Positions 16,638 to 29,764 are shown, numbered from the stretch's first letter. The stretch is DNA of 58,945 nt from an uncultured Prolixibacteraceae bacterium (GCA_964449285.1 CAYUZX010000013.1:1-58945), one strand, 5' to 3'. A program made the numbers and translations. The notes: generated from the sequence alone by a model not told the origin.

Positions 16638-17825
16638 ATGGCAAAAGAAAAATTCGAACGTTCAAAACCACACGTCAATGTTGGAACAATCGGACACATT
16701 GACCATGGTAAAACCACCCTTACAGCTGCTATCACTCTTGTACTGGCAGATAAAGGTCTTTCAGCTTTCCGGTCGTTTGACTCGATTGACAATGCTCCTG
16801 AGGAAAAAGAAAGAGGTATTACTATTAATACTGCACACATTGAGTATTCAACAGCGAACCGTCACTATGCACACGTTGACTGTCCGGGACACGCCGACTA
16901 TATCAAAAATATGGTCACCGGTGCCGCTCAGATGGACGGTGCAATCCTGGTAGTTGCTGCAACAGATGGCCCGATGCCTCAAACCAATGAGCACATCCTC
17001 CTTGCACGTCAGGTTGGTGTTCCACGTATGGTGGTTTTTATGAATAAATGCGACAGTGTTGACGATCCCGAACTCCTCGACCTTGTAGAGATGGAAATTC
17101 GCGACCGGTTAACCTTCTACGGTTTCGATGGCGAAGCAACCCCGATCATCCGTGGATCTGCATTGGGTGGGCTCAACAAGGAGCCGAACTGGGTCGAAAA
17201 GATCATGGAACTGATGGATGCCGTTGATTCATATATCCCATTACCTCCCCGTGATATAGATAAGCCATTCCTGATGCCGGTTGAGGATGTATTCTCAATC
17301 ACAGGTCGTGGTACCGTTGCTACCGGAAGAATCGAAACCGGTATTATCCTCACAGGTGACCCTGTAGAGATCATCGGTATGGGTGCAGAGAAAATGAAAT
17401 CAGTTGTAACCGGTGTGGAGATGTTCCGCAAGATTCTCGATAGAGGGGAAGCTGGTGACAATGCAGGTCTGCTACTTCGTGGGATCGACAAAGATGAGAT
17501 CCGTCGCGGTATGGTTATCGCAAAACCCGGATCAATCACTCCGCACAAACATATCAAAGCTGAGGTTTATATTTTGAAGAAAGAAGAAGGTGGACGTCAT
17601 ACGCCATTCCATAATAAATACCGTCCTCAGTTCTATTTCAGAACTACCGACGTAACGGGTGAGATTGTACTTCCCGAAGGTGTTGAGATGGTAATGCCTG
17701 GCGATAACCTGAGTATAGAAGTAAATCTGATCTCTGAGATCGCCATGAGCAAAGGTCTTCGTTTCGCTATCCGCGAAGGTGGACGTACTGTTGGTGCCGG
17801 TCAGGTTACAGAGATCTTAGACTGA
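16638..17825 (+). CDS. tuf: Elongation factor Tu
   Basis: [37 protein letters not shown]. Confidence 0.99.
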   Translation: MAKEKFERSKPHVNVGTIGHIDHGKTTLTAAITLVLADKGLSAFRSFDSIDNAPEEKERGITINTAHIEYSTANRHYAHVDCPGHADYIKNMVTGAAQMDGAILVVAATDGPMPQTNEHILLARQVGVPRMVVFMNKCDSVDDPELLDLVEMEIRDRLTFYGFDGEATPIIRGSALGGLNKEPNWVEKIMELMDAVDSYIPLPPRDIDKPFLMPVEDVFSITGRGTVATGRIETGIILTGDPVEIIGMGAEKMKSVVTGVEMFRKILDRGEAGDNAGLLLRGIDKDEIRRGMVIAKPGSITPHKHIKAEVYILKKEEGGRHTPFHNKYRPQFYFRTTDVTGEIVLPEGVEMVMPGDNLSIEVNLISEIAMSKGLRFAIREGGRTVGAGQVTEILD

Positions 17826-17855
17826 TCAACCAGTTGAATTAAAGATTAATTGCAC

Positions 17856-17928
17856 ACGGGTGTAGCTCAATTGGTAGAGTGGCGGTCTCCAAAACCGTAG
17901 GCTGTGGGTTCGACTCCTACCACCCGTG
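17856..17928 (+). tRNA. tRNA-Trp(CCA)
   Basis: ACGGGTG/CACCCGT acceptor stem, CTCCAAA loop; canonical tuf-trnW-secE order. Confidence 0.96.
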
Positions 17929-17944
17929 CAAAATATTTAGATAA

Positions 17945-18142
17945 ATGGCTAAGTTTAAATTGGTTACCTACGTTAAAGAGAGCTATGATGAGCTGGTCCA
18001 TAAAGCTTCCTGGCCAACATGGCCTGAGTTGCAAAGTAGCGCAATCGTTGTATCTGTGGCATCGCTTATCATTGCCCTGGTTGTTTTTGCTATGGACGAA
18101 GTCTTCCGAAATGTTCTGATGCAGTTCTACAAACTTTTCTAG
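17945..18142 (+). CDS. secE: Preprotein translocase subunit SecE
   Basis: ESYDELVHKASWPTW plus one TM helix; lies before nusG. Confidence 0.95.
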   Translation: MAKFKLVTYVKESYDELVHKASWPTWPELQSSAIVVSVASLIIALVVFAMDEVFRNVLMQFYKLF

Positions 18143-18208
18143 CCATACTCGGAAGGTTTATCTAAGATTATACAGGATTCTACACGTCGATACAATTGCA
18201 CCGAAGGC

Positions 18209-18751
18209 ATGAGTGAACAGGATAAAAAGTGGTACGTTGTCAGAGCTATTAGTGGGAATGAGAAGAAGGTCAAGCAATACCTCGAAAGCGAGATTGCTAA
18301 TCATAATCTTCAGGATTATATCACGCAGATTCTGATCCCCACAGAGAAGGTTTACATGATCCGTAACGGGAAAAAGGTTAGCAAAGAGCGAAACTATTTC
18401 CCCGGTTACGTACTCATTGAAGCCAATCTTGTTGGCGAAGTTCCCCATATCATCCGAAATGTTCCCGGAGTTCTTGGGTTCCTTGGAGCAAAAGGGGCAG
18501 CTCATCCTCTACGGCCTTCGGAAGTGAAACGGTTGCTTGGAAAATTTGATGAGTTGTCGGAGCAGGGTGAAGAGGTCAACATTCCTTTTATCGTTGGCGA
18601 GACAGTCACCGTTGTGGATGGCCCATTTAACAGTTTCAGTGGTGTAATTGAAGAGATTAATGAAGAGAAGAAAAAACTGAAAGTGATGGTCAAGATCTTT
18701 GGACGGAAAACCCCGCTCGAACTTGGCTTCATGCAGGTACAAAAGGAGTAG
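18209..18751 (+). CDS. nusG: Transcription termination/antitermination factor NusG
   Basis: [20 protein letters not shown] motif [18 protein letters not shown]. Confidence 0.97.
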   Translation: MSEQDKKWYVVRAISGNEKKVKQYLESEIANHNLQDYITQILIPTEKVYMIRNGKKVSKERNYFPGYVLIEANLVGEVPHIIRNVPGVLGFLGAKGAAHPLRPSEVKRLLGKFDELSEQGEEVNIPFIVGETVTVVDGPFNSFSGVIEEINEEKKKLKVMVKIFGRKTPLELGFMQVQKE

Positions 18752-18805
18752 AGGCGCTATTTATGGCGACTCATGAAAGTAAAGACGAGGCATGCCCCGT
18801 CACAC
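18748..18805. repeat. Two degenerate GTAG-type REP-like palindromes (18748-18774, 18779-18805)
   Basis: GTAGAGGCGCTATTTATGGCGACTCAT and GTAAAGACGAGGCATGCCCCGTCACAC; the second closely matches the copy at 16179. Confidence 0.7.
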
Positions 18806-18821
18806 CAATAAAAATAAACAA

Positions 18822-19259
18822 ATGGCAAAAGAAGTATCTGGATTAATTAAGTTGCAGATCAAAGGTGGCTCTGCTAATCCATCTCCACCGGTAGGTCCCG
18901 CGCTGGGAGCCAAGGGGGTGAATATCATGGAGTTCTGCAAGCAGTTTAATGCCCGTACCCAAGATAAAGGTGGGAAAATCATTCCCGTTATCATTACTGT
19001 TTACAGGGATAAGTCATTCGATTTCATAATCAAGACACCTCCTGTTGCGGTTCAACTCATGGAAGCCGTGAAACTGCAGAAAGGCTCAGCAGAACCAAAC
19101 CGCGTTAAGGTAGGATCCATCTCCTGGAACCAAGTAAAGCAGATTGCTGAAGATAAGATGATTGACCTCAATGCCTTTACCGTTGAATCAGCTATGAGGA
19201 TGGTTGCCGGTACAGCACGCAGCATGGGCATCACCGTATCAGGAACCGCCCCTTTTTAA
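18822..19259 (+). CDS. rplK: 50S ribosomal protein uL11
   Basis: [29 protein letters not shown]; start at MAKEV. Confidence 0.98.
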   Translation: MAKEVSGLIKLQIKGGSANPSPPVGPALGAKGVNIMEFCKQFNARTQDKGGKIIPVIITVYRDKSFDFIIKTPPVAVQLMEAVKLQKGSAEPNRVKVGSISWNQVKQIAEDKMIDLNAFTVESAMRMVAGTARSMGITVSGTAPF

Positions 19260-19262
19260 ATT

Positions 19263-19309
19263 GTAGAGCCGCAATTAATTGCGGCTGTGCGCAATAATAG
19301 CGTCTCTGC
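19263..19309. repeat. GTAG-type REP-like palindrome plus a half copy
   Basis: GTAGAGCCGCAATTAATTGCGGCTGTGC then GCAATAATAGCGTCTCTGC. Confidence 0.7.
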
Positions 19310-19338
19310 CTATAAATTAAAAAAATAAATTACCACAT

Positions 19339-20034
19339 ATGACCAAGTTGACAAAGAAGAGAAAAGCAGCTTTTGAGAAATACGACCGCGAGGCTGTTTA
19401 CTCACTAACTGATGCAATAGGAATTGTCAAAGACATTACCGAAACGAAATTTGATTCCTCCGTTGATATAGACATCCGCCTGGGTGTAGATCCCCGTAAG
19501 GCAAACCAAATGGTTCGTGGTACCGTGACGCTTCCTCACGGAACCGGGAAAACTATCCGGGTACTGGTGTTGTGCACACCCGACAAAGAAGAAGAGGCCA
19601 TGTTGGCCGGCGCTGACTATGTTGGGCTGGATGATTACGTTGCTAAGATCAAGGGTGGCTGGACAGATATTGACGTTGTCATTACCATGCCCAGCGTTAT
19701 GGCCAAAGTGGGTGCCCTCGGAAAGATCCTGGGTCCCCGCGGATTGATGCCAAACCCGAAAACCGGAACAGTCACCATGGACGTCGGGAAAGCCGTCGAG
19801 GATGTGAAAGCCGGTAAAATTGATTTTAAAGTCGACAAATTTGGCATCATCCATGCTTCAGTTGCAAAGGTTTCATTTGAACCTGATAAAATTGAAGAGA
19901 ACGCCAAGGAACTTATCCAGACAGTAGTCAAATTGAAGCCTGCTTCCGCTAAAGGGACTTATGTGAAAAGCATTTACATATCAAGTACCATGAGCCCCGG
20001 GGTGCAAGTAGAACCCAAATCTGTTACGGCTTAA
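19339..20034 (+). CDS. rplA: 50S ribosomal protein uL1
   Basis: [37 protein letters not shown]. Confidence 0.98.
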   Translation: MTKLTKKRKAAFEKYDREAVYSLTDAIGIVKDITETKFDSSVDIDIRLGVDPRKANQMVRGTVTLPHGTGKTIRVLVLCTPDKEEEAMLAGADYVGLDDYVAKIKGGWTDIDVVITMPSVMAKVGALGKILGPRGLMPNPKTGTVTMDVGKAVEDVKAGKIDFKVDKFGIIHASVAKVSFEPDKIEENAKELIQTVVKLKPASAKGTYVKSIYISSTMSPGVQVEPKSVTA

Positions 20035-20147
20035 TTTTTCAGTAACCTGAACATCAATCATGAAATATCCAAAGCAAAATGCCAATGCATACCAAATATA
20101 ATCGTTTTGGATATTCCATATGACCATTGAAATCAAATTATTAACAC

Positions 20148-20669
20148 ATGAAAAAAGAAGAAAAAAATCAGTTAATCGAATCAATGGTTGAGAAGCTGAA
20201 TGAGGCCAATATTTTCTACCTTACCGATATCTCAGAGCTAAATGTGGAAACTTCTGGCAGACTACGGCGGCTATGCTTCAAACGCAATGTCAAGCTGCAG
20301 ATGATCAAGAATACACTCCTCAGGAAAGCAATGGAGAAAAGCGGAAAGGAATTTGAACCTTTTTACAGTATCCTTAACGGCTCAACCTCGATCATGTTTT
20401 CAGATGTCGCTAACGACCCTGCATTACTGATCCAGGAGTTCCGGAAGAAGTCCCCAAAACCCATCCTGAAAGGTGCATGGGTGGAAGAGACTGCATACCT
20501 TGGAGACGATCAGCTGAACACACTGGCTAGCATCAAGTCGAAGAATGAACTGGTGGCAGACTTGATTGCTCTCTTGCAATCACCTGCTAAAAATGTCATC
20601 TCGGCATTGCAATCTGGTGGAGCAAATCTCTCGGGCATCGTGAAAACATTATCCGAAAGACCCGAATAA
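20148..20669 (+). CDS. rplJ: 50S ribosomal protein uL10
   Basis: LRRLCF, KNTLLRKA, LLQSPAKNVISALQSGG; operon position. Confidence 0.97.
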   Translation: MKKEEKNQLIESMVEKLNEANIFYLTDISELNVETSGRLRRLCFKRNVKLQMIKNTLLRKAMEKSGKEFEPFYSILNGSTSIMFSDVANDPALLIQEFRKKSPKPILKGAWVEETAYLGDDQLNTLASIKSKNELVADLIALLQSPAKNVISALQSGGANLSGIVKTLSERPE

Positions 20670-20735
20670 TCATTGAGTTAAACAACAAGAATTATAAACC
20701 GTCCGGAATGACCGGAAACCAAAACAACAATTGAA

Positions 20736-21110
20736 ATGGCAGACTTAAAAGCTTTTGCTGAACAGTTAGTTAATTTGACCGTCAAAGAGGTCAATGAATT
20801 GGCAGCAATCCTGAAAGATGAATATGGTATCGAACCCGCAGCTGCTGCTGTAGCTGTTGCTGCACCTGTTGCTGCTGAAGCTGCTGAAGCTGAAGAACAG
20901 AGCTCGTTTGACGTAGTTCTGAAGCACCCGGGACAAGCCAAACTGGCTGTCGTGAAACTGGTAAAGGAATTGACCAGCTTGGGTCTCAAAGAGGCTAAAG
21001 AACTAGTAGATGCTGCACCAAAGGCAATCAAGGAAGGTGTATCAAAAGATGAAGCACAGGCATTGATGAACCAACTAACGGAGGCAGGTGCAGAGGTTGA
21101 AATTAAGTAG
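20736..21110 (+). CDS. rplL: 50S ribosomal protein bL12
   Basis: [10 protein letters not shown], Ala-rich hinge, [20 protein letters not shown]. Confidence 0.98.
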   Translation: MADLKAFAEQLVNLTVKEVNELAAILKDEYGIEPAAAAVAVAAPVAAEAAEAEEQSSFDVVLKHPGQAKLAVVKLVKELTSLGLKEAKELVDAAPKAIKEGVSKDEAQALMNQLTEAGAEVEIK

Positions 21111-21133
21111 ACTATACTTTCTCATTCCTAAAT

Positions 21134-21178
21134 AGTTATAGACTTTCCCAAAAAAGGGGAAAGTCTATAACTTGTTTA
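21134..21178 (+). terminator. Hairpin terminator/attenuator between rplL and rpoB
   Basis: AGTTATAGACTTTCCC / GGGAAAGTCTATAACT 16-bp perfect stem followed by TGTTTA. Confidence 0.75.
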
Positions 21179-21241
21179 TATTGAAAGTTAAATTAGTTTC
21201 TTAACCTGTCCCGCCAGGGCGGGACGCAAACCCCAAAGACC

Positions 21242-24200
21242 TTGGCTCCAAACAAAACGCAAAAAATCAGTTTCGCAGCTGCTAAGATTCAGGCTGAATA
21301 TCCCGATTTTCTTGATGTTCAGATACAATCCTTTAAGGATTTCTTCCAGCTCGAAACCAATCCTGAAAACCGGATCAATGAAGGTCTTTTTAAGGTATTC
21401 GCGGAAAATTTCCCGATATCTGATGCCCGGAATAACTTTGTTCTGGAATTCCAAGACTATTACATCGATCCCCCAAGATATTCCATTGAGGAGTGTATCG
21501 AACGTGGATTGACCTATAGCGTCCCGCTAAAGGCCAAACTGAAGCTCTATTGTACCGATCCTGAGCACGAAGACTTTGAGACCATTATCCAGGATGTTTA
21601 CCTGGGCATGATCCCATATATGACCCCTAGAGGTACCTTTGTCATCAATGGTGCCGAACGGGTGATCGTATCGCAGCTTCACCGCTCTCCAGGCGTCTTT
21701 TTCAGCACAAGCTATCATGCCAATGGCGTCCAGCTGTACTCGGCCCGAATTATCCCTTTCAAAGGATCCTGGATTGAGTTCACAACGGATATCAATAATG
21801 TGATGTACGCATATATCGACCGGAAAAAGAAATTGCCGGTCACCACATTGTTACGTGCTATCGGATATGAAACGGATAAAGATATCCTTGAGATCTTCAA
21901 CCTGGCTCATGAAGTGAAAGTGAGTAAAGCCACCCTCAAAAAAGCTGTTGGCTCCAAACTTGCAGCCCGTGTTGTAAGAACCTGGATCGAAGATTTCGTT
22001 GATGAAGATACCGGTGAGGTGGTTTCGATTGAGCGGACAGAAGTGATTATCGAACGTGAGACCATCCTGGAAAACGAACACGTTGATATGATTGTGGATG
22101 CAGGAATCAAAACAATCCTGATCCATACTACCGACTCGCTTACTACCGACTACTCCATTATCTTTAATACGCTACAGAAAGATCCGGCAAACTCAGAAAA
22201 AGAGGCTGTCGAATTTATATACAGGCAACTTCGTAACGCTGAACCCCCTGATGAAGAGACTGCAAGAGGGATTATCGAGAAACTCTTTTTCTCTGATAAA
22301 CGCTATGACCTGGGAGATGTTGGAAGATACCGGATCAACCGGAAACTGAACATGAATACTCCCACGGAGACGAAGGTGCTCACTAAGGAAGATATTATCT
22401 CTATCATCAAGTACCTGATTGAACTGGTGAACTCCAAAGCGGAGATCGACGATATCGACCACCTCAGTAACCGCCGTGTACGTACGGTGGGAGAGCAGCT
22501 CTACAACCAGTTCGGTGTTGGTCTTTCAAGAATGGCCCGGACGATCCGCGAACGAATGAATGTTCGGGATAACGAGGTCTTTACTCCTACCGACCTTATC
22601 AATGCGAAAACGTTGTCTTCTGTGATCAATACATTCTTCGGCACTAACCAGTTGTCGCAGTTCATGGACCAGACAAACCCACTTGCTGAGTTAACCCATA
22701 AGCGACGGATTTCGGCTCTGGGACCAGGAGGTCTCTCCCGCGAGCGTGCAGGGTTTGAAGTACGCGACGTTCACTATACCCACTACGGCCGGCTCTGTAC
22801 TATCGAAACACCGGAAGGTCCGAACATCGGTCTTATCTCATCACTCTGTGTCTACGCTAAGATAGACCGGCTTGGATTCATTGAGACTCCTTACCGGAAG
22901 GTTATTGAAGGGAGGGTTTCTCTTGATGATGATCCAATCTATCTGACTGCAGAAGAGGAGGAGAACAAGATCATAGCCCAGGCAAATACAGCTATCGACG
23001 AGAAGGGATTTTTACATGAGGAGCGGGTGAAAGTTCGTTACCTGGCTGATTATCCTATTATTGATCGGACGAAAGTAGACCTTATCGATGTTGCACCAAA
23101 TCAGATAGCATCCATTGCTGCATCCCTTATCCCATTCCTTGAACACGATGACGCCAACCGTGCACTGATGGGATCCAATATGATGCGCCAGGCAGTTCCA
23201 TTACTCAATCCGGAAGTAGCCCTTGTAGGCACAGGGATTGAAGGAATGGTGGCTACCGACTCACGGGTACTTATCAATGCTGAAGGCGACGGTGTGGTGG
23301 AGAGTGTTGATGCTAACGAGATTGTAATCAAATATAGCCGCGATGAAAAGGAGCGGATGGTAAGTTTTGATGACGATTATAAAAGCTACCGGCTTACCAA
23401 GTTTGCACGGACTAACCAGAATACCTGTATCAACCTTCGACCTATCGTCAGGCAAGGTGATAAAGTTACCAAAGGGATGGTGCTCTGCGAAGGATACGCT
23501 ACCCAGGATGGAGAACTGGCGCTCGGCAGAAATTTGATGGTAGCCTTCATGCCATGGAAAGGATACAATTTTGAAGATGCGATCGTGATCTCGGAAAAGG
23601 TGGTGAAAGAGGATATCTTTACCTCTATCCACATCGAGGAGTTTACTCTGGAAGTCCGTGATACAAAGCGCGGGGTGGAAGAACTCACCAACGATATTCC
23701 GAATGTCAGCGCCGAAGCTACCAAAGACCTGGATGAAAACGGGCTGATCAGGATTGGCGCCGAAGTGAACGAAGGAGATATCCTTATCGGAAAGATCACT
23801 CCAAAAGGTGAGAGCGATCCCACACCTGAGGAGAAGCTTTTAAGGGCTATCTTCGGCGACAAAGCGGGTGACGTGAAGGATGCTTCACTCAAAGCGCCTC
23901 CATCAATGAAAGGTGTTGTGATTGAGAAGAAGCTCTTCTCAAGAGTCATCAAGGACAGAAAAGCGAAGGTAAAAGAGAAAGAAGACCTTAAGAAGATTGA
24001 TGACGAGTTCCACAGAGAAGAGGCCAAACTAAAGACCAAGCTAATTGACAAACTGGGAATTCTGGTCAATGGAAAGATCTCTCAGGGAGTCTACAATAAT
24101 TTCAAAACCGAGATCATTCCGAAAGGAACCAAGTTCACGGTAAAGACCCTTTCAGATGTTGATTACAATACGGTTAATCCGAATAAATGGACAACTGATA

Positions 24201-25048
24201 AGGATAAGAACGAGATGGTCAAAGTGTTGATCAACAATTTTATTATCAAACATAAAGAGTTGCTTGGCAAATACAACCGGATCAAATTTACATCCATGGT
24301 AGGCGATGATCTCCCTGCCGGTATTGTGCAGATGGCTAAGGTATATATCGCCAAGAAGAGAAAGCTCAAAGTAGGGGATAAGATGGCAGGCCGTCACGGT
24401 AACAAAGGTATTGTTGCGAGGATTGTCAGGGAAGAGGATATGCCCTTCCTGGAAGATGGTACACCTGTGGATGTTGTCCTCAATCCACTTGGGGTGCCAT
24501 CACGGATGAATCTCGGGCAGATCTATGAAACCATCCTGGGTTGGGCCGGAAAGAAACTCGACATGAGGTTCACTTCGCCAATTTTCAACGGAGCCACCCA
24601 AGACCAGATCAACGCATACCTGCGTCAGGCAGGCCTTCCCGAAAACGGGAAAGTCTATCTCTATGATGGCCTCAGCGGTGATCGGTTCGATCAGCCAACC
24701 ACAGTTGGTTATATCTATATCATGAAGTTACACCACATGGTGGATGACAAAATGCACGCCCGTTCAATCGGGCCATACTCCTTGATCACCCAGCAACCTC
24801 TGGGCGGGAAAGCCCAGTTCGGAGGCCAGCGTTTTGGTGAGATGGAGGTATGGGCACTTGAGGCTTTTGGCGCTGCCAACATCCTCCTGGAGATCCAGAC
24901 AGTGAAATCCGACGATGTTATCGGCCGGGCAAAGGCATATGAAGCTATCGTTAAAGGCGATAATATGCCTATATCGGGAATCCCCGAATCCTTTAATGTA
25001 CTGATTCACGAGTTACGTGGCCTTGGATTAAACGTCACCTTCGATTAG
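21242..25048 (+). CDS. rpoB: RNA polymerase beta subunit (TTG start)
   Basis: [55 protein letters not shown]. Confidence 0.99.
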   Translation: MAPNKTQKISFAAAKIQAEYPDFLDVQIQSFKDFFQLETNPENRINEGLFKVFAENFPISDARNNFVLEFQDYYIDPPRYSIEECIERGLTYSVPLKAKLKLYCTDPEHEDFETIIQDVYLGMIPYMTPRGTFVINGAERVIVSQLHRSPGVFFSTSYHANGVQLYSARIIPFKGSWIEFTTDINNVMYAYIDRKKKLPVTTLLRAIGYETDKDILEIFNLAHEVKVSKATLKKAVGSKLAARVVRTWIEDFVDEDTGEVVSIERTEVIIERETILENEHVDMIVDAGIKTILIHTTDSLTTDYSIIFNTLQKDPANSEKEAVEFIYRQLRNAEPPDEETARGIIEKLFFSDKRYDLGDVGRYRINRKLNMNTPTETKVLTKEDIISIIKYLIELVNSKAEIDDIDHLSNRRVRTVGEQLYNQFGVGLSRMARTIRERMNVRDNEVFTPTDLINAKTLSSVINTFFGTNQLSQFMDQTNPLAELTHKRRISALGPGGLSRERAGFEVRDVHYTHYGRLCTIETPEGPNIGLISSLCVYAKIDRLGFIETPYRKVIEGRVSLDDDPIYLTAEEEENKIIAQANTAIDEKGFLHEERVKVRYLADYPIIDRTKVDLIDVAPNQIASIAASLIPFLEHDDANRALMGSNMMRQAVPLLNPEVALVGTGIEGMVATDSRVLINAEGDGVVESVDANEIVIKYSRDEKERMVSFDDDYKSYRLTKFARTNQNTCINLRPIVRQGDKVTKGMVLCEGYATQDGELALGRNLMVAFMPWKGYNFEDAIVISEKVVKEDIFTSIHIEEFTLEVRDTKRGVEELTNDIPNVSAEATKDLDENGLIRIGAEVNEGDILIGKITPKGESDPTPEEKLLRAIFGDKAGDVKDASLKAPPSMKGVVIEKKLFSRVIKDRKAKVKEKEDLKKIDDEFHREEAKLKTKLIDKLGILVNGKISQGVYNNFKTEIIPKGTKFTVKTLSDVDYNTVNPNKWTTDKDKNEMVKVLINNFIIKHKELLGKYNRIKFTSMVGDDLPAGIVQMAKVYIAKKRKLKVGDKMAGRHGNKGIVARIVREEDMPFLEDGTPVDVVLNPLGVPSRMNLGQIYETILGWAGKKLDMRFTSPIFNGATQDQINAYLRQAGLPENGKVYLYDGLSGDRFDQPTTVGYIYIMKLHHMVDDKMHARSIGPYSLITQQPLGGKAQFGGQRFGEMEVWALEAFGAANILLEIQTVKSDDVIGRAKAYEAIVKGDNMPISGIPESFNVLIHELRGLGLNVTFD

Positions 25049-25097
25049 TGTATCAGGTAAGTTAACAATTTGTTTATAATCGTCAATCAACAACTAT

Positions 25098-28000
25098 ATG
25101 GCTTATAGAAAAGACGGACCAGTCACCAGCGGTTTTTCAAGTATTACCGTCAGCCTTTCATCTCCGGAAAAGATTCTGGAACTGTCAAGTGGTGAGGTGC
25201 TGAAGCCCGAAACCATCAACTACCGGACATATAAACCCGAGCGCGATGGTTTGTTCTGCGAACGGATCTTCGGCCCGGTGAAAGATTGGGAATGTCATTG
25301 CGGTAAATATAAGAGAATCAGGTATAAAGGTATCGTTTGCGATCGATGTGGTGTCGAAGTCACTGAGAAGAAGGTTCGTCGCGAACGGATGGGGCATATT
25401 CAACTGGTTGTTCCTGTTGCCCATATCTGGTTTTTTCGCTCTCTGCCTAATAAGATCGGCTCACTGCTTGGATTACCAACCAAAAAGCTTGAATCGATCA
25501 TCTATTACGAAAAATATGTAGTCATCAATCCGGGAATTCTTAAGGAAGAGGGAATCAGCTACCTCGATTTTCTTTCTGAAGAGGAGTATTTTGACATCCT
25601 CGACAAACTTCCCCAGGATAACCAGCATCTGGATGACTCAGATCCCAATAAGTTCATCGCTAAGATGGGAGCTGAAGCTCTCTGTGATTTACTTGCAAGA
25701 CTTGATCTCGACAAAGAGTCGTTTGATCTTCGGCACAAAGCAAATACAGAAACTTCTCAGCAACGTAAAGCGGAAGCTCTGAAACGTTTACAAGTCTTTG
25801 AAGCTTTCCGAGATGCACAAAAAAGGCTGGAGAATCGTCCTGAATGGATGATCGTGAAAGTCGTACCGGTGATACCGCCTGAATTGAGGCCCCTTGTGCC
25901 GCTAGATGGCGGCCGCTTTGCTACCTCCGACCTGAACGATCTTTATCGCCGGGTAATCATCCGGAACAACCGTTTGAAACGGTTGATTGAAATTAAAGCT
26001 CCTGACGTAATCCTCCGTAACGAAAAACGGATGCTTCAGGAAGCTGTTGATTCATTGCTGGATAACTCCCGCAAGGCAAGTGCTGTGAAAACTGAATCGA
26101 ACCGTGCTCTCAAGTCCCTAAGCGATAGTTTGAAAGGGAAACAGGGTCGGTTTCGTCAGAACCTTCTCGGGAAACGTGTCGATTACTCAGGCCGTTCGGT
26201 CATTGTGGTTGGCCCCGAATTGAAGCTGAACGAATGTGGTCTGCCCAAAGATATGGCTTCTGAGCTTTTTAAGCCATTCATTATCCGGAAAATGCTGGAG
26301 CGAGGAATTGTTAAAACTGTGAAGTCTGCCAAGAAGATTGTCGACCGGAAAGATCCAGTTGTCTGGGATATCCTGGAGAACATCTTGAAAGGGCATCCGG
26401 TACTACTGAATAGGGCTCCCACACTTCACCGGTTAGGGATTCAATCCTTCCAGCCCAAGCTGATCGAGGGAAAAGCAATTCAGCTTCACCCGCTTGTTTG
26501 TACTGCTTTTAATGCCGACTTTGACGGCGACCAGATGGCGGTGCATGTTCCATTGGGAAATGCGGCTGTATTGGAGGCACAGTTGCTGATGCTTGCCTCA
26601 CACAACATTTTAAATCCTGCCAACGGTGCACCTATCTCTGTACCATCACAGGATATGGTTCTGGGCCTCTATTATATGACCAAGGCCCGCGTTAGTAGCA
26701 AGAACGACGTCATACTGGGAGAAGGAATGACATTCTATTCACCCGAAGAGGTTATCATTGCTTATAATGAAAAACGTGCCGACCTGCATGCTGTGATAAA
26801 GGTAAGGATCAACACCTTTGAAGATGACAAACCTGTTAGCAGGGTCATAGAGACAACTGTTGGCAGGATTCTCTTTAATCAGGTGGTCCCCCAGAAGTAT
26901 GGGTATATTAACCAGCTGCTTACAAAGAAAGCTCTACGTGATATCATTGGTTCAATTCTAAAGAAGACAGGAACCGCCAGTACAGCAAAGTTCCTCGACG
27001 ATATAAAAGACCTCGGGTTTACGATGGCATTCAGGGGCGGGTTGTCCTTCAACCTCGATGATGTGATTGTCCCCGAGATCAAAGAGAGCTTGATCGAAGA
27101 TGCCATGGCTGAGGTAGATGAGGTTGTAGGGAATTACAACATGGGCTTCATTACCAATAATGAACGTTATAACCAGATTATCGACATCTGGACACATACC
27201 AATTCCAAACTGACCATCACCTTGATGAACCAGCTTTCAAATGATAAACAGGGACTGAACCCCGTTTACATGATGCTCGATTCCGGGGCACGAGGTTCTA
27301 AAGAGCAGATCCGTCAGTTATGCGGCATGCGTGGACTGATGGCGAAACCTCAGAAGTCTGGTGCTTCGGGAGGAGAAATCATTGAGAACCCGATTCTCTC
27401 AAACTTCAAGGAGGGCCTCTCGGTACTCGAGTATTTTATCTCCACACACGGTGCGCGTAAAGGTTTGGCCGACACCGCGTTAAAAACGGCTGACGCTGGT
27501 TATCTGACCCGTCGCCTGGTAGATGTCGCCCAGGATGTGATAATCTCTGAACAGGACTGCGGAACGCTGAGAGGATTGACCATCACAGTACTTAAAAAGC
27601 AGGAGGAGGTTGTTGAATCGTTGTACGACCGGATCCTTGGCCGTGTGACACTTCATGATGTCTATCATCCGCAAACGGGTGATCTGATCATCGAGGCGGG
27701 AGAAGAGATTACTGAAGAAGTGGCCAGGGTGATTGAAGACTCTCCGATTGAGGGTGTTGAGATCAGATCTGTATTGACCTGCGAATCGAAGAAGGGTGTT
27801 TGCACTAAATGTTACGGACGAAACCTGGCAAACGGACGCCTGGTAGAGAAAGGAGAAGCTGTTGGCGTTATTGCTGCACAGTCGATCGGTGAGCCTGGGA
27901 CACAGCTTACACTTCGTACATTCCACGTAGGTGGTGTGGCTGGTGTCAACATTACCAGCGCTTCCAGGATCCAGGCAAAATATGATGGAATCCTGGAGAT

Positions 28001-29384
28001 TGAGGAGCTTCGTTCGCTCCCATTTACTCCTGATAAAGGTCAACCCTATGAAATTGTGATTGGCCGTTCAGCTGAGATGAGAATCGTTGATAAAATAACT
28101 CGTATCGCTCTAACCTCCGCACACATTCCATATGGCGCTCGCCTTTTTTATAAAAATGGTGCTGAGGTGAAGAAAGAGACCTTGATCAGTGAATGGGATC
28201 CCTATAATGCGCTTATTCTTTCAGAAGTTCCTGGAAAAGTCAGCTTTGAAAGCATTATCGAAAATGTGACGTACCGGGTTGAATCTGATGATCAAACTGG
28301 CTTCAATGAAAAGGTGATCATCGAATCACGTCAGAAAGCAAAGAATCCTGCTATTAATATCCTGGATGCCAAAGGTGAGATCATGAAGACGTATGACCTT
28401 CCTGTAGGATCACATATCATGATTGAAGACAATTCCAAGATCAAAGGCGGCACTATTCTGGTGAAGATCCCTAGAGCTGTTGGAAAAGCTGGTGACATCA
28501 CGGGTGGTCTTCCGCGTGTGACTGAGCTTTTCGAAGCCAGGAACCCATCGGATCCTGCCATCGTTTCTGAAATTGACGGAGTTGTCTCGTTTGCCAAGAA
28601 GCTCAAGAGGGGAAACCGTGAAGTAATCATCACTTCAAAGACCGGGGAAGAGAAACACTATCTCGTACCTACCTCAAAACAGATCCTTGCACAGGAGAAC
28701 GACTATGTGAAGGCAGGAACGCCGTTATCGGATGGAGCCATGACACCCAGTGACATTTTGGCTATCAAAGGACCGATGAAGGTGCAGGAGTATATCGTGA
28801 ATGAGATCCAGGAGGTCTACCGTTTGCAGGGTGTGAAGATTAACGACAAGCATTTTGAGACCATTGTCCGCCAGATGATGCGGAAGGTGGATGTGGAAGA
28901 TCCTGGCGACAGTCGGTTTCTTGAAGGTGAGCTTGTCAATAAGATCGACTTCCAGGATGAGAATGACTGGATTTATGGCAAGAAAGTAGTTGAAGATCCA
29001 GGAAATTCTGAAACGTTTAAGCCTGGACAGATCATTAGTGCCCGGAAGTTGAGGGATGAGATTTCCCACCTGAAACGAAAAGATATGAAGTTGGTTGAAG
29101 CACGGGATGCGAAACCAGCCACTGCACGCCAGGTGTTACAGGGTATCACCCGCGCGTCACTCCAAACTAAGAGTTGGATCTCGGCAGCTTCTTTCCAGGA
29201 GACTACAAAGGTGCTCACTCAAGCCGCAATCAATGCACGGCAGGATGGACTAGCCGGACTGAAGGAGAATGTGATCGTTGGTCACCTGATTCCGGCAGGT
29301 ACAGGACTTCCTGAGTATGAAAATCTCATCGTTGGCAGTAAAGAGGAGTATGAAAATCTTCTCGCTTCTAAACAAGAGGATTAA
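25098..29384 (+). CDS. rpoC: RNA polymerase beta' subunit
   Basis: CERIFGP zinc finger, [12 protein letters not shown] active site, SAASFQETT. Confidence 0.99.
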   Translation: MAYRKDGPVTSGFSSITVSLSSPEKILELSSGEVLKPETINYRTYKPERDGLFCERIFGPVKDWECHCGKYKRIRYKGIVCDRCGVEVTEKKVRRERMGHIQLVVPVAHIWFFRSLPNKIGSLLGLPTKKLESIIYYEKYVVINPGILKEEGISYLDFLSEEEYFDILDKLPQDNQHLDDSDPNKFIAKMGAEALCDLLARLDLDKESFDLRHKANTETSQQRKAEALKRLQVFEAFRDAQKRLENRPEWMIVKVVPVIPPELRPLVPLDGGRFATSDLNDLYRRVIIRNNRLKRLIEIKAPDVILRNEKRMLQEAVDSLLDNSRKASAVKTESNRALKSLSDSLKGKQGRFRQNLLGKRVDYSGRSVIVVGPELKLNECGLPKDMASELFKPFIIRKMLERGIVKTVKSAKKIVDRKDPVVWDILENILKGHPVLLNRAPTLHRLGIQSFQPKLIEGKAIQLHPLVCTAFNADFDGDQMAVHVPLGNAAVLEAQLLMLASHNILNPANGAPISVPSQDMVLGLYYMTKARVSSKNDVILGEGMTFYSPEEVIIAYNEKRADLHAVIKVRINTFEDDKPVSRVIETTVGRILFNQVVPQKYGYINQLLTKKALRDIIGSILKKTGTASTAKFLDDIKDLGFTMAFRGGLSFNLDDVIVPEIKESLIEDAMAEVDEVVGNYNMGFITNNERYNQIIDIWTHTNSKLTITLMNQLSNDKQGLNPVYMMLDSGARGSKEQIRQLCGMRGLMAKPQKSGASGGEIIENPILSNFKEGLSVLEYFISTHGARKGLADTALKTADAGYLTRRLVDVAQDVIISEQDCGTLRGLTITVLKKQEEVVESLYDRILGRVTLHDVYHPQTGDLIIEAGEEITEEVARVIEDSPIEGVEIRSVLTCESKKGVCTKCYGRNLANGRLVEKGEAVGVIAAQSIGEPGTQLTLRTFHVGGVAGVNITSASRIQAKYDGILEIEELRSLPFTPDKGQPYEIVIGRSAEMRIVDKITRIALTSAHIPYGARLFYKNGAEVKKETLISEWDPYNALILSEVPGKVSFESIIENVTYRVESDDQTGFNEKVIIESRQKAKNPAINILDAKGEIMKTYDLPVGSHIMIEDNSKIKGGTILVKIPRAVGKAGDITGGLPRVTELFEARNPSDPAIVSEIDGVVSFAKKLKRGNREVIITSKTGEEKHYLVPTSKQILAQENDYVKAGTPLSDGAMTPSDILAIKGPMKVQEYIVNEIQEVYRLQGVKINDKHFETIVRQMMRKVDVEDPGDSRFLEGELVNKIDFQDENDWIYGKKVVEDPGNSETFKPGQIISARKLRDEISHLKRKDMKLVEARDAKPATARQVLQGITRASLQTKSWISAASFQETTKVLTQAAINARQDGLAGLKENVIVGHLIPAGTGLPEYENLIVGSKEEYENLLASKQED

Positions 29385-29395
29385 AAATTATCAAG

Positions 29396-29707
29396 ATGCA
29401 AGAAAAAACAAACCCGCAACAACAGCTCAATATTGAGCTAACAGATGAGGTTGGTGAAGGAATCTATTCGAACCTTGCCATCATCACACACTCTCCATCC
29501 GAATTTATTGTGGATTTCGTGAAGATGATGCCTGGAATTCCGAAAGCAAAAGTGAAATCGAGGATTATCCTTACACCTCAACATGCAAAACGGCTATACA
29601 AAGCGCTCAAAGAAAACATCGGTAAGTACGAGTCGATGCATGGCGAGATAAAAGATGTTGGAGGGGAGATGCCATTCAACATGGGAGTCCCCACGGCCCA
29701 GGCATAA
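29396..29707 (+). CDS. DUF3467 family protein
   Basis: GIYSNLAIITHSPSEFIVDF, SRIILTPQHAKRL; usual neighbour of rpoC in Bacteroidota. Confidence 0.85.
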   Translation: MQEKTNPQQQLNIELTDEVGEGIYSNLAIITHSPSEFIVDFVKMMPGIPKAKVKSRIILTPQHAKRLYKALKENIGKYESMHGEIKDVGGEMPFNMGVPTAQA

Positions 29708-29726
29708 AGCATTTTCAATTGACAAT

Positions 29727-29764
29727 AAAAGTAGGGGCAATTCATGAATTGTCCCTACTTTTTT
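29727..29764 (+). terminator. GTAG-type palindrome with flanking A/T tracts; likely intrinsic terminator of the rpoBC operon
   Basis: AAAA-GTAGGGGCAATTCATGAATTGTCCCTAC-TTTTTT. Confidence 0.75.

Noticed and set aside
21188-29218. Many antisense and alternate-frame ORFs within rpoB/rpoC and other long genes
   Set aside because: Shadow ORFs of well-supported genes, with no recognisable motifs.
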